From: a virus
Taxonomy: Duplodnaviria; Caudoviricetes
DNA: 64,000 nucleotides
Strand: one strand, 5' to 3'
IMG/VR virus record: IMGVR_UViG_3300001525_000506
Coordinates: 11,552-75,551 of that record
Every line of letters begins with the position of its first letter. The first letter of the stretch is position 1. Positions 43,870 to 54,791 of the stretch are shown piece after piece. Below the pieces are notes generated by a model. That model saw only the letters and a program-made list of their open reading frames with translations, ran no database searches and was not told where the DNA came from. A program made the position numbers and the translations under genes.

Positions 43870-45417
43870 TTATGATTGCAACTCCATAAACAAGCCACCA
43901 ATCATAAGACTATCACTGGGCTTTGTTTGACCTTTTGTTCCCCATTCAATGGATTGTCCACCAGCAGTTACACGACCTTTTGCATTTACATTTACGGCGC
44001 TGTATTGACCTGCAACAACACCCGTCGGACGAAGATGGATATTTGTTCCAGTATATTCCGAACCGTCATAAACGTTGTCCGATACGGCATTGCCATAGAA
44101 GTCATCTTTATCGAAAGACAAAACCTTCTTTTCCGAGCCGTCATAAGCATTGTGAGTTATCTCACTGCTGTTTGTCTCGTCAGGTGTCGTAATCAAGAAC
44201 TTGTTCGCGACCTTATCCGATGACGCAGCGTGTTTTGCCTCTTTTACGGTCGTTGTGTTGCCGTCAAAGATATCGCTTATATTTCGGTCGCCGATTTTTT
44301 CGGTAACTTTTTTAGCCGTATCCGCAGATGTTGCGTGGTCTGCCTCAGCTGCCTTGCCTACTGCTGTCGTGCCATCTTTGATGTTTGAAATCTCGGTCGC
44401 ATTCGCATTCGCTTTCGAAAGCGCATTATCTGCAGTCTCTTTTACTTCGTTGATTGCACCGACAATCGTCTTAGCGTCGGTTTCAAGCTTCTCATCTTCT
44501 TTCTTTTGATAATCGTCCAAATCCGTTGCCAAATCGTCTTTGGTTACGTAATTCGTCAAATCGACCTTTTCCGTTTCCAACTTCGAGAAAGTGAAGTAGC
44601 CAACGGTAAGACCATAAGTAGTATCGAGCGCATCAACAATTGCTTGGTCAGTTGTATAAGTATAAAGTGTGCTAACAGCATTAACACGAGATACCCACAA
44701 ATCTGGCACACCGAGTGTCTTGATATACACATTATCACCGACACCCATTGCAGTTGAACCCAAAGCATCAGTTGCGGTTACAAACGCCTGATAGTTATCA
44801 TACGTGAATGTTCTCGCTTTTCCTGCAATAGCCTCTTGCAACTCTTGCTTGGTCGCATAGCCTTTATCTTCTGCCTCAAGAACACGACCTTTGTTATCGA
44901 CCTTAATGCCCTGATAAGTGCCAGGTGTAACACCAGTCTTTTTCAATGAATAAGACACCGATTGCGTAGAAGAGGACGTATTGCCCTCCATAACAAAGTC
45001 ATCGCCGTCCATCGACAATTGCGTATCTTTTGAACCGTCATACGGAACAGAAGTTATACCGCCGCCGTCAAGTGTGCCAGATAAGCGCAAGTCGTGAGTA
45101 ACCTTGCCTGCCTCTTTAACGACTTTATCTTTATCGGCGGTATTGTCAACGTTACCGAGACCAACTGCAGCCTTGGACAATTTCGCAATCTTATCTTCGA
45201 CAATTGACTCGCCGTTTACGTCTTGTACATCATCTACTTTGCCTGCACTTGCGACGCCTTCAGCCAATTCTTGAAGAGCGCCTTCAACATTTGTGGAAGT
45301 AAACTTGTCGCCAGCATCAGCAAGCGTTACTTGCTCAGCCGAAGTTTCGGGAAGGACTTGTATTAGAGTACCGTCAGCGTCCACAACGCGATGTATTCTT
45401 CGTTTTTCAGTTGCCAT
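43870..45417 (-). CDS. Tail fibre protein
   Basis: VGLGNVDNTAD, two TGVxxGxY..V.V..KGRV repeats, LETDAKTIVGAINEV. Confidence 0.8.
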   Translation of the reverse strand: MATEKRRIHRVVDADGTLIQVLPETSAEQVTLADAGDKFTSTNVEGALQELAEGVASAGKVDDVQDVNGESIVEDKIAKLSKAAVGLGNVDNTADKDKVVKEAGKVTHDLRLSGTLDGGGITSVPYDGSKDTQLSMDGDDFVMEGNTSSSTQSVSYSLKKTGVTPGTYQGIKVDNKGRVLEAEDKGYATKQELQEAIAGKARTFTYDNYQAFVTATDALGSTAMGVGDNVYIKTLGVPDLWVSRVNAVSTLYTYTTDQAIVDALDTTYGLTVGYFTFSKLETEKVDLTNYVTKDDLATDLDDYQKKEDEKLETDAKTIVGAINEVKETADNALSKANANATEISNIKDGTTAVGKAAEADHATSADTAKKVTEKIGDRNISDIFDGNTTTVKEAKHAASSDKVANKFLITTPDETNSSEITHNAYDGSEKKVLSFDKDDFYGNAVSDNVYDGSEYTGTNIHLRPTGVVAGQYSAVNVNAKGRVTAGGQSIEWGTKGQTKPSDSLMIGGLFMELQS

Positions 45418-45431
45418 ATTTTATTCTCCTA

Positions 45432-46286
45432 TTAGTTTTCAATATATACATAATCGTCTTTGTCAAGTTTGCTAAAATCGACTTCGCTTACATCCTTGAC
45501 CGCAACGATTTTTGTTGTCATATCCTTGACCTCTTGTAAGGTCATTCTAAAGCCGACACCGTTATCACTGACAAACACTTCAGCCGATTGTCTAAACGTC
45601 TTTGTCGGCGGCACAGCGAGGCTACGGAACGATTTCAGATTTATCGGCACCAGCCCCAAATCCTCTGCGGTTTTATTCCCTTGCAGTGTCACGTCATTGA
45701 TTGACGGCTTGTTGATAAGATTGTTGTAATCTTTATTATCCGCAGCCGATTTTTCGACCACTCTCAATAGATATTCGAATTGCGAGACCGAAATCGAATC
45801 CGACGGAATCACGACTTCTTTTTCGATTGTGAACACGACTTTGCCGAGAGTTAGTTCTTTTACGCCTTTCTCGTATATAGCCTTTATCGACAACGAAACT
45901 GGTCCCGAATCCTCGAATATGTTGTATTCATAGATATCGTTCCCGTCCTCGTCCTTGTCGATAATCTTTCCGCTCGGCATTCGGATTTTGAACATCTTGT
46001 ACTGAACGCCGTACTTGAACTTCTGCAAATCGCGCTTTGAGTTCATCGGAATGGTCTCGATAACGATTTCGTCGCCAGGGTGGTCGATTGTCGAATACAC
46101 TTCGGTTTCGTCACCGTTCGGGCGCTCGAACCAGTATTGTAGATAACTCAACCCGTCGGGCAATTCCGTTGTAGGCGAATTCTCGATGTAAACATACATC
46201 GTATTCACGTCATAGTTATATTGTCTTAAAGCCTCGTCGTTTATGACTTCGAGCAAGACGCCTTTTGGGTCAAAATACAAATACAT
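45432..46286 (-). CDS. BppU-like baseplate/fibre anchor protein
   Basis: YLYFDPKG..INDEALRQYN; DYNNLINKPSINDVTLQGNKTAEDLGL. Confidence 0.7.
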   Translation of the reverse strand: MYLYFDPKGVLLEVINDEALRQYNYDVNTMYVYIENSPTTELPDGLSYLQYWFERPNGDETEVYSTIDHPGDEIVIETIPMNSKRDLQKFKYGVQYKMFKIRMPSGKIIDKDEDGNDIYEYNIFEDSGPVSLSIKAIYEKGVKELTLGKVVFTIEKEVVIPSDSISVSQFEYLLRVVEKSAADNKDYNNLINKPSINDVTLQGNKTAEDLGLVPINLKSFRSLAVPPTKTFRQSAEVFVSDNGVGFRMTLQEVKDMTTKIVAVKDVSEVDFSKLDKDDYVYIEN

Positions 46287-46290
46287 CTCG

Positions 46291-46662
46291 TTACCTTATC
46301 AATGTTATGTACCAAAAATACACCATTTCTGAACTGAACTCAGTCTCTTTCATCGATATACGCTTTTGGATAGTATCGACGCGCCAAAGTTGATTGTTAT
46401 ATTTGACGATTGAGTTCTCAGTCATTCCCGTCAAGTCGTCTCTGCTTTCGAGTTGGACATCGTGCCTATCGACGAGGAACGTTCCCATTATGGTGTTTTG
46501 TCCGTCGTTTTGAGCATCGATTTCTTTCGCATAGAAATATCCAGACGGCTTTTTGTTGTAAACATATTCTTCGGAGTTGCCGACACCGTCCTCGTTCCGA
46601 ATCCAGAACGGGCAAAGGTTGTACATACTTCTTCGAGAATGATACAAATCTATTCTTGACAT
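46291..46662 (-). CDS. Putative head-closure/stopper protein
   Basis: Size, beta-rich, VKYNNQLWRVD, position after adaptor. Confidence 0.55.
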   Translation of the reverse strand: MSRIDLYHSRRSMYNLCPFWIRNEDGVGNSEEYVYNKKPSGYFYAKEIDAQNDGQNTIMGTFLVDRHDVQLESRDDLTGMTENSIVKYNNQLWRVDTIQKRISMKETEFSSEMVYFWYITLIR

Positions 46663-46663
46663 C

Positions 46664-47101
46664 TCAACAACTCCACAATCCCGTTCCAGCCCAATCGCTC
46701 ATACGGATTTTCTTGCTCCACAAACCGCACAGTTGCAATTCGCGCTTTGCATTCGGAGCCAAAGCTAACTTTTTCAATGTTTCAATATCGACTATGATGC
46801 CCTTTTCGGGGTCCATACCGCTATCGACCGAAATGTCGCCGTTCTTGAATATATATATGGCTTGTTCGAGCAATGCTCTTTTATAGTGTTCTTTTTGGTA
46901 ATCAGAAAAATTAGGGTACTCGACACTAACCTTTCGGAAACATTCTGCGTCTATCATCGATTCCATTCTGTCCTCGATACGTTTCAAGAACGCCATTTGC
47001 TTATTACTCGGATTAGTATCGTCTTTCAATATCGACAAATCGATACCGAAATAGTCCCTAAAATCGTCTGGTGTTATATACTTTGTTTGAAGTTGTCCCA
47101 T
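46664..47101 (-). CDS. Putative head-tail adaptor
   Basis: YITPDDFRDY..KRALLEQAIY..LAPNAKRELQLCGL. Confidence 0.65.
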   Translation of the reverse strand: MGQLQTKYITPDDFRDYFGIDLSILKDDTNPSNKQMAFLKRIEDRMESMIDAECFRKVSVEYPNFSDYQKEHYKRALLEQAIYIFKNGDISVDSGMDPEKGIIVDIETLKKLALAPNAKRELQLCGLWSKKIRMSDWAGTGLWSC

Positions 47102-47164
47102 GTTCTTACCTCAACTTAGAGTGTACCACAATCGTAGGCGAATTGCAAGCGTTATTTTTATGTT

Positions 47165-50100
47165 TTAAGTCGTCGTTTCGATTTGTGTTCTAACCGAAGA
47201 AGATATAGAAACTTCGTTTACTTCGAAATGGAAATCAACATAACCATCTTGCAAGTTTACTGCTATGTTTACGGGGATTGCGAAAGATTTTGTACTTTTC
47301 GCCCCCATTTCTTCATCGAAATCTTTTTTAGCTGCGCCATTTTTATCAAAGATATTACCTTTGACCGATACCGCAATAGGATTCGGGTTAAAAACGGTTA
47401 AGTCCACGTATTGCCTTGAAGCGCCTATTTCGGAACTTGCACTATAATCGGTCGGTGTTGCAATCGAAAGTTTCAATTGTACAGCTTTTTGTTCGGGCGC
47501 TACCGTCAATTCGTATGAGTTTTTCTTTATAACTTGGTTGCCTATAACCCACGATTCGAAGATTTCACTTTCACATTGCAAAGGCACTTGCTCTCCCACA
47601 TAACGACTTATACTATTGGTCTCGAATACGTTATCGACTAAACTATCGACATTGAACTTAACCATATTCGGACTCGTTGCTATCGGGTCAAAAGTCTGAT
47701 ATGTCGGTGGTTCATATTCTCCATTCTCGTCAACGCAATTGTGTACGATACCGACTTGTCTGCCTACGCTATCATAAACGCGTTCGTCTCTGTTTGTCGT
47801 CTTCGTGATATAGATGTCGATATAACCGCGGTCGAAATCTTCTTTGGTTACATTGACACCAAACACGAAATGATAGCCAGAACGGTCAGGCGTGCTCTTG
47901 TAATAAGACGCGCTATTGGTATAATCTCGTTGATATGCCGAGTCGAAATCGAAATACCAGTATCTTATCGATTGCGTTCCAGACGGAACTTGGTCTAATG
48001 CAACACGTAACTTCTTCTCGGGGACGCCTTTGTCCCTGTCGTTCACTATAGAGAATACTTCGGAAGGCTTTATCGTCGCGAACTTTTTGCCATCGTCATT
48101 ATAGTTATAAGGCAAAATCTTTGACGCGATAGTTTTGTTTATAGCTTCTTCGCTAAATTCCAAAAACATATTACGCTCTACAAGCATATTTTTCTCATAG
48201 TTTATATATGATTGTCCATCGGCACCGCTTGTAGATAATCCAGTTGGACCAGATGACATACTTGGTGAGACCTCATACTTATAATCAAAAACTTCATCAT
48301 AGAGACCACGCGCTATTGGATGGAACTCAATCTTATTTAATTGCGTGATACTTTGACCACTATTCTTTGTCCATCGAGTTATTTCTCCGTCGCCCTTTAA
48401 TATCAAATGCTTTTTATCAATTCCCGCTTCTGATACATACTCCCAATAAATACTTTGTGCGTTAAAGTTACATTGCATCCACGCGCTTTCATACCCAGTA
48501 GTTTTTACTGAAATATCTAATGTAAATTTTTGAGCGTTTTCCGCTCCTCCCTTATTTGATAATAAATTTTTAATATATCTATAACTTGTATCGGTTTGAA
48601 TTTGAATTGTTTTGCCTGTGCCTTGACTCGTTTCTATAAGAGAATATGAGAAAAAAACAGGCTCCCCCATTGATGTTCCGCTATAATTTTGACTATAACC
48701 ATTTATTCGCGGTTTTGTATCCATAGATACATCGATTTTTGCATTTCTATTCGTCAAAACTAAATCGCTTAATTTTAAGAGATATTGACCGATAACAATA
48801 TTTTTATCAGATGCAATTGGCTCAACCTGAAATGTCATATCTATGCGTTCTTTATTATCTTTGTGTATGTTTTTTTCAGAAGACGACATACTGAGCAATC
48901 GTTGTTCTCCTGGCAGTGATAATGTTTTTACAGGAAGATTTTTGCAATACGAATAGAATTGGTCCAGTGTCGCTCTACCCGAATCATTATCTAACACCAA
49001 ATTAGGTATAGAGACATCTGTATGGCTTAATTGATAATCCATATCTTTTATTGCCCCAGTTTCGCGGTCATCTACAATATCATACCATTGTTGTTCCGAA
49101 CCGACATAATATTGGTCATCTTCAGAAGGATGCAAAGCCAAAATTTTCCAATCAGAACTCCAAGTATCAATAAAATTACCTCCTGAAATATTATCAGGCA
49201 TTGCAACATTAAAACACAAACTGTTGCCGCTCGTAAATGTCTGCTCATCTACAAAAAACGGGTTCTTATCTGCGTGCGTTTTTATTATCGCATTATTTAT
49301 GTCGCATATTCTGCTCGAAGGCAAAAATGCGCTAAACAATGTTTCTACGCCTATTTCTGTTATCTTATCTGCCTCTTCTTCTTCAAACCAATCGACAAAA
49401 TATGGCATTATGCTTATTTCGTCTATTATTTGATAAAGAATTATAAGATACTTACCGTTTCTATCTTCTTGACCGCCTTCGCCCGTTATTGTAATAGGTA
49501 AAAAATAATGTTTACCTATTGTAAGAGAATAAGCATCAAGTATGCCACCTGCTAAAAAAATCTTTCCTTTGAAAGCATCCCATACTGATGACTGAGAAGA
49601 TATTGTTTGCGAACATTTTATGGTTTCAAAGTTATATTTGTGCCCCTTTATCTCAAAAAATGTTTTTTCGTCTTTATGTTTTTTGTTTTTAGACAAAAGT
49701 ATAAGCGTTTTTTTATTTTCAGCCCGATTCACAGATTCGCCATAAGACATAAGCTGATATGTCCTATATTTTGCATAAACACTTGTATAAAAATTCTTCA
49801 AGACATAATCTTGTATCCCCGCATATGACACGGAAATATAATTATCGAATATCGAATATTCTCTGCGATAAATGATTACGTCATCATCTGCACCAATAGT
49901 ACCCGTATTCCCAAGCCTTAATATATTCGCAACAGAATAATTATTGCCATCGAGACGACCTTTTAACAAATGTGTCTTATTTGCGAATCTGTTTAATTTC
50001 TCTTTTTGAGATAACCCATCTTTTTCGAGTAGTGTGAGAGAAGAAGAAGAATTATCATTAGAAATAATATTATCTCTGCCCTCATCTCTTGAGTGTACTA

Positions 50101-51808
50101 TTGCCCCATCATAAAATCCCTCATATTCTATTTCAAAAAACACCGTTTTTAGACGTTGGGTATTAGATATCCCTTCAAAGGGATATAATTTTTCAAAATT
50201 TGATACCCAATTATTTGGTATAAAAGTATTTACAAGAACATAATTTTTTGCCGATATATTTTGTTCTTTATAAGTTGCTCCATTATACAAATAAATCATT
50301 CCGTGGGTAAAATCGTCTGTTGTAGTTCCCGTATGTCGATAATAATTATTCTCAATGGGCGTAAAATCGCTTTCAGAGAGGTCTTGTTCTTTTATATTAA
50401 GCTCATTTTCTTTTTCCCTTAGAAAATCTTGCATTTGAGCGAATTCTGTTATTTCGTCTATCGCATAATTCGCGCATACTTTTTTTAAGATATTTTCAAT
50501 ATAAGTAGCTGTTACGTTATAGACCGAAAGACCATCACCACCCTCTACTATTTGGTCAACACGAGAACCCCACCCTTCTATTGTGTTTCCACCTATAGAA
50601 TATGATACTGTACTAATCTTAAATTTTGCCAAATCTTCAATAGAGGTAGGTATTTCTTTTAATTTTTTCCAATCCTGACTAAGCAAATTCCACTCGGTTT
50701 TTTCCTTTACCAATGGTAAAATATCATATTTTGACAATGTATAAACAGGTGTAACTTCTGCGTTTTCTAAACGTATAACTTCGCAAGAGAGATAAAAACA
50801 CATATTGAATTTTTTTACTTTATACAATTTATGTGTTGTTTCCAAACGCATATTTTCAAGTATCATCAAAGCACTATCTTTGCTTCTAAACCCAAAATAT
50901 TCTATAAAATTACACGTGCCATCTTGAGAAAGGGCATCAGAATATTGTCTTCTTGTACCATCACAAAAATCAGAGCTACCCATTTGCCCGACGATACGCG
51001 AAATCATACCTTCTTTTTGCAAGGTAGCAAGGTCGTATGTTTTTGTCCCCCAAGGGGTTTCTGTTCTTTCCGAAATCGCCTTTGCATATATCACGTTATC
51101 TTTGACATACGGTATCATATCCAAAGTAATCATAAGTGAAGATAAAACATCTCTCAAATTCGGATTCGATAACGAGAAATCTTGAGAATAAAAATCACTA
51201 AAAATGGATTTGAGTTCTGGTGCAACTGTGTATTTTTGCACATATTCCCAAGAGTTAATATCTACGTTTTTATCATCATCGTGGATGATTTTGTATTTTT
51301 TATACTTTGGAGAATACAAGTTTACGAAACGCACCAAATACGTATATATGTCAATCTTCTTCGAAACCACCAACGGTTGCGTAACTGAAATATTCGGGAG
51401 CTGAACGACTTCAAGCCCCTTAGTTTCGCTAAAAAGTTCAAGCGAATATGAATATATGTCTTCACTAAGATTAATAATATCTTCCGTGAATTTATCAACA
51501 AGCAAATGACGATAAAACGGGATTCTTACACCCGTTTCTTTGTCAATTTCATCTCCGTCGTGAAGCGTACCGCCGCGTCTCCAAAGTCCGATATGCGAGC
51601 CAAACCATTTTGTCTCATCTTCGCCTTCGGGCGCGCTTTCGTAAATATACACATCATCATATGGTTTTAAGCCTACGATTTGCCCCTTGATATGAGACAA
51701 TCTAACTACGCCGCTATCAAGCGTTTCGTTATATTCTTCGGTAAAAGTCACACCTTGCGCGACTTCGTGTATATATTCTTTATCGTGTATTCTAACAGTT
51801 AAGTTCAT
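47165..51808 (-). CDS. Large tail/baseplate hub protein
   Basis: 1547 aa; FTEEYNETLDSG N-terminus; tail-operon position; AT-rich central region. Confidence 0.65.
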   Translation of the reverse strand: MNLTVRIHDKEYIHEVAQGVTFTEEYNETLDSGVVRLSHIKGQIVGLKPYDDVYIYESAPEGEDETKWFGSHIGLWRRGGTLHDGDEIDKETGVRIPFYRHLLVDKFTEDIINLSEDIYSYSLELFSETKGLEVVQLPNISVTQPLVVSKKIDIYTYLVRFVNLYSPKYKKYKIIHDDDKNVDINSWEYVQKYTVAPELKSIFSDFYSQDFSLSNPNLRDVLSSLMITLDMIPYVKDNVIYAKAISERTETPWGTKTYDLATLQKEGMISRIVGQMGSSDFCDGTRRQYSDALSQDGTCNFIEYFGFRSKDSALMILENMRLETTHKLYKVKKFNMCFYLSCEVIRLENAEVTPVYTLSKYDILPLVKEKTEWNLLSQDWKKLKEIPTSIEDLAKFKISTVSYSIGGNTIEGWGSRVDQIVEGGDGLSVYNVTATYIENILKKVCANYAIDEITEFAQMQDFLREKENELNIKEQDLSESDFTPIENNYYRHTGTTTDDFTHGMIYLYNGATYKEQNISAKNYVLVNTFIPNNWVSNFEKLYPFEGISNTQRLKTVFFEIEYEGFYDGAIVHSRDEGRDNIISNDNSSSSLTLLEKDGLSQKEKLNRFANKTHLLKGRLDGNNYSVANILRLGNTGTIGADDDVIIYRREYSIFDNYISVSYAGIQDYVLKNFYTSVYAKYRTYQLMSYGESVNRAENKKTLILLSKNKKHKDEKTFFEIKGHKYNFETIKCSQTISSQSSVWDAFKGKIFLAGGILDAYSLTIGKHYFLPITITGEGGQEDRNGKYLIILYQIIDEISIMPYFVDWFEEEEADKITEIGVETLFSAFLPSSRICDINNAIIKTHADKNPFFVDEQTFTSGNSLCFNVAMPDNISGGNFIDTWSSDWKILALHPSEDDQYYVGSEQQWYDIVDDRETGAIKDMDYQLSHTDVSIPNLVLDNDSGRATLDQFYSYCKNLPVKTLSLPGEQRLLSMSSSEKNIHKDNKERIDMTFQVEPIASDKNIVIGQYLLKLSDLVLTNRNAKIDVSMDTKPRINGYSQNYSGTSMGEPVFFSYSLIETSQGTGKTIQIQTDTSYRYIKNLLSNKGGAENAQKFTLDISVKTTGYESAWMQCNFNAQSIYWEYVSEAGIDKKHLILKGDGEITRWTKNSGQSITQLNKIEFHPIARGLYDEVFDYKYEVSPSMSSGPTGLSTSGADGQSYINYEKNMLVERNMFLEFSEEAINKTIASKILPYNYNDDGKKFATIKPSEVFSIVNDRDKGVPEKKLRVALDQVPSGTQSIRYWYFDFDSAYQRDYTNSASYYKSTPDRSGYHFVFGVNVTKEDFDRGYIDIYITKTTNRDERVYDSVGRQVGIVHNCVDENGEYEPPTYQTFDPIATSPNMVKFNVDSLVDNVFETNSISRYVGEQVPLQCESEIFESWVIGNQVIKKNSYELTVAPEQKAVQLKLSIATPTDYSASSEIGASRQYVDLTVFNPNPIAVSVKGNIFDKNGAAKKDFDEEMGAKSTKSFAIPVNIAVNLQDGYVDFHFEVNEVSISSSVRTQIETTT

Positions 51809-51811
51809 AGT

Positions 51812-52429
51812 TTAATACTCCGTTCCCCTTCCGCCATTTACAAGACTGGCTCGCGATGCCATAAATTCGGTTTGTGCATTTATAGCATTCAATTGCATAT
51901 TATGTTGTTCGATTTTTTGGTCGCGTTCTGCCCTCGTCATTATACCAGTCTTTACACCGCTTGATATTGCGCCTATTACCGCTCCCACAGCCATTACTCC
52001 AATGTTGCCAGTAACAGCACCAGCCGCTGCACCAGCCGCAGCGCCCGAACCAATTGAAGACAACATCGATTTCGCCGTTCCAATTTGCGTCTGAATAGCA
52101 TTCATTTTGTTTTGTCCCAAGTAGTCTTCAGTAAGCGTAAAATATCGATTATGCTCCATCATTGCTATTGAATATGCCGTAGATAAAGCATCTCCTAATA
52201 CTTTTGCGCCTATACCAACCGCTGCCGTTGCGCCACTGCTACCTCCAAGAAAATCAATCGCGGCATTCTTTACGTCTTCTTGAGCTGTTTGTATCGGGTG
52301 CAAAACCTTATTTAATCCTTCTCGCATTAAATCGGCAGGCGTTTTTTCTTTTTTCTTTGGTGCTCCGCCACCACCGTCACCAGTACCACCTTCGCCCAAT
52401 ATGGTTATTACGATATCGCCTCTTTCCAT
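51812..52429 (-). CDS. Short tape-measure/ejection-like protein
   Basis: Gly/Ala-rich amphipathic stretch GAAAGAAAGAVTG; only 205 aa. Confidence 0.5.
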   Translation of the reverse strand: MERGDIVITILGEGGTGDGGGGAPKKKEKTPADLMREGLNKVLHPIQTAQEDVKNAAIDFLGGSSGATAAVGIGAKVLGDALSTAYSIAMMEHNRYFTLTEDYLGQNKMNAIQTQIGTAKSMLSSIGSGAAAGAAAGAVTGNIGVMAVGAVIGAISSGVKTGIMTRAERDQKIEQHNMQLNAINAQTEFMASRASLVNGGRGTEY

Positions 52430-52432
52430 ACA

Positions 52433-53602
52433 TTACTCCACAAAAGCCAAAGAAATCGTCGGAATTTGCCCGATTTCTTGTGAACTCGTCGCATTAGTTA
52501 GTTTATATTCTTTTATACGAGCGTGCTTACCGTCTCTAAAAATGGTCCCGAGTTTGAACGTCTTGTTGACCTTACCGTCTGTATCGCTATTATAACTTAC
52601 AGAAGGTTTTTCCTTAAGCTGTTCTCTCATAACCCATTTTTTGCCTTGATAACGCCAAAGAGTACAATCTTCTTCTCCTATGACGGAAAGATTATCCCAC
52701 ATTGACTCTGGATAAACTCTTTTTCCCTCTACATCCGTTTTTTCTTCAAGTTTTTCTTTTATATAAGAATCCGTAAGAGGGAGATATTCTTTAGTATCTT
52801 CGTCTTTTGGCTGTTCCATCACATATTTGCTCGTGTAATCTCCGAGAACACAAACCCAATCATCGTCTGCTGGCGATACCATACCGAGAATGTCCAAAAT
52901 ATCGTTTATGAGCCTGTTATCGCTCAGCACCAAAGTCGTAAAGCCCACGGTTACAGCCCCGAACCCGATTTCACTTCGGGTGAAGTCGTGTGAGTTATAG
53001 AACGCTTGCGTGTCGGGATTGCCCACGAACGCGAACGATGCCGAGATTTGCGGGACTTCGTCTGCATACGTTACGTCTTTATATACGTTTTTACCGTCTT
53101 CTGTGCCAACAAATTGCCTTTCGGTGTAATAGTAATATACTGTATAATCGTTCGAGTTCTTGCCGATAACGAACGCTGCCGACATCGTAACGACACTGCG
53201 GAAACCTTCGTAAACGGGATTGAAGTTGGACGAAATCGTCGGAGATTCGTAAACTTGATTTATCGTTTCGCCATTGGCACGATGAAGATTGTATTTTTGA
53301 GCGTATTCATAAAGCAATGAATATGTCGCGTCCAAACGATTCTGCTCAGTCAAAGCCGTAATCGTTGCGGGCAAGACCGTTTGACCAAACACAACATCTG
53401 CCGCACCGAATTTGACAACGATATACAATGCGTTCGGGTCTTTGTCTTTTAACTTCATAAATTGTTGTTCTTTTGACAATACGATTTTATAGCCCTTGTA
53501 TTTTTCGTGGTTTTCGGGGGCGTACATATATTCGTATAGCTGACCTTCTATTAAAGTCAGCACCTCATCAAAATCAAGTTCAATTACTTCGTTTTCCGCC
53601 AT
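52433..53602 (-). CDS. Putative tail protein
   Basis: Position in tail operon; 389 aa. Confidence 0.5.
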   Translation of the reverse strand: MAENEVIELDFDEVLTLIEGQLYEYMYAPENHEKYKGYKIVLSKEQQFMKLKDKDPNALYIVVKFGAADVVFGQTVLPATITALTEQNRLDATYSLLYEYAQKYNLHRANGETINQVYESPTISSNFNPVYEGFRSVVTMSAAFVIGKNSNDYTVYYYYTERQFVGTEDGKNVYKDVTYADEVPQISASFAFVGNPDTQAFYNSHDFTRSEIGFGAVTVGFTTLVLSDNRLINDILDILGMVSPADDDWVCVLGDYTSKYVMEQPKDEDTKEYLPLTDSYIKEKLEEKTDVEGKRVYPESMWDNLSVIGEEDCTLWRYQGKKWVMREQLKEKPSVSYNSDTDGKVNKTFKLGTIFRDGKHARIKEYKLTNATSSQEIGQIPTISLAFVE

Positions 53603-53603
53603 T

Positions 53604-54029
53604 TTAACCCTTCCTTGACATATCCATATTCATTCTCGTTATCCCGTTAGTTGCCGCCCAAGCCATTATAGCCCTATTCAAGCAATGCGCGAGATAATCT
53701 TTGTGCATTCCGCTAAAACCGCCCGTCAAATTCACTTCAACAGCATAGCTATCGGTGCTGGTATTTTTTATGATACCGTATTTGCGATAGAACCCGATAT
53801 CGTATATCTGAGGCGGTATTTTTACCTGATAATTACCCTCACCGTCTGTCGAAACGTCTATACTTCGTAACAATTGACCCGACAAGTGAATAGATTTGAA
53901 TTCAAGCCGAAACTGTTCTGCCAAAATATTCGCCAGACTTTCTTTTAGCTTTTCTATATCGGTCGTTTTCGAGTCCGTTTCGGGTGCGGACAATAATCCT
54001 ATATTTGCCATATTTTTATTATATAACAC
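53604..54029 (-). CDS. Putative tail-completion protein (start probably 54011)
   Basis: HLSGQLLRSI motif reminiscent of HK97 gp10-like proteins. Confidence 0.45.
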   Translation of the reverse strand: MLYNKNMANIGLLSAPETDSKTTDIEKLKESLANILAEQFRLEFKSIHLSGQLLRSIDVSTDGEGNYQVKIPPQIYDIGFYRKYGIIKNTSTDSYAVEVNLTGGFSGMHKDYLAHCLNRAIMAWAATNGITRMNMDMSRKG

Positions 54030-54046
54030 AAACTATGATTTTTCAA
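54018..54046 (-). promoter_or_regulatory. Tail operon promoter
   Basis: TTGAAA-17-TATAAT. Confidence 0.6.
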
Positions 54047-54179
54047 GTCTTTTATATAAAAATGCGAACGCAGTTTTTTAGACCACGTCCGCAGGCAAAG
54101 GGAAAACGCAAAGCACATAACTGTACGTCTGCTCTTTATATCTTAATATATCTGCAAAAAAAAATCAAGCATAAAACGA

Positions 54180-54210
54180 AAAAAGCCTCACGGAAATGTG
54201 AGGTTTTTTT
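54180..54210. terminator. Intrinsic terminator (possibly bidirectional)
   Basis: aaaagcctcac-ggaaat-gtgaggttttttt. Confidence 0.7.
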
Positions 54211-54211
54211 G

Positions 54212-54580
54212 TTATTGAGGCGAAAACGTAATCGTCATACCTCTGTTCGGTTCAATTTTGGATTCGCTCGGATTCGATTTCAGAATCGAAAGGATTTCGT
54301 CCAACTTCGCATTAACCTCCGAAAGCAATCCCGCATCATCGTCCGCTACGGGCATTGTTACTTCCTCAGCCGTCTCTACGGGCGCGCTGGCGTTGTTCTC
54401 GATAACTTGTTCGGGTTCGGGTTCAGGCTCGTAATAAGCCGTTACAAGCCCGTCTATGTCATCTTGCGACATTCCTCTGCACATACCTTGAACAATTCCT
54501 GCCGCTCTCTCATCGCCGTGACGCGACGCCTCCAGTATCTCATTGAATTTTCCGTTATTGATATAAGCCATATCACGCAT
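54212..54580 (-). CDS. Acidic hypothetical protein
   Basis: Coupled to upstream 51-aa ORF (54575-54728); promoter TTGACA-17-TATAAT at 54760-54788. Confidence 0.55.
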   Translation of the reverse strand: MRDMAYINNGKFNEILEASRHGDERAAGIVQGMCRGMSQDDIDGLVTAYYEPEPEPEQVIENNASAPVETAEEVTMPVADDDAGLLSEVNAKLDEILSILKSNPSESKIEPNRGMTITFSPQ

Positions 54581-54791
54581 CTTCCTTTTTCTTATTTTTA
54601 GGCAAAACCCCGAACAGCCTCAATACGCTTTCGGGTATGCCTTTTCTTATTTTGTCGATTTTTTGTTTGTGAGTCGTAACAAGTTCGATATTGTTACCGC
54701 TACCGCACGTGTTTGAGTTTTCGTCCATTTTATTTGTCCTCTTTTATTACTCAAATAACATTATACGAGACCGATACGCGATTGTCAAGAA

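Noticed and set aside
28706-45417. Diversity-generating retroelement targeting fibres or the LRR protein
   Set aside because: No reverse transcriptase and no TR/VR pair differing at adenines was seen.
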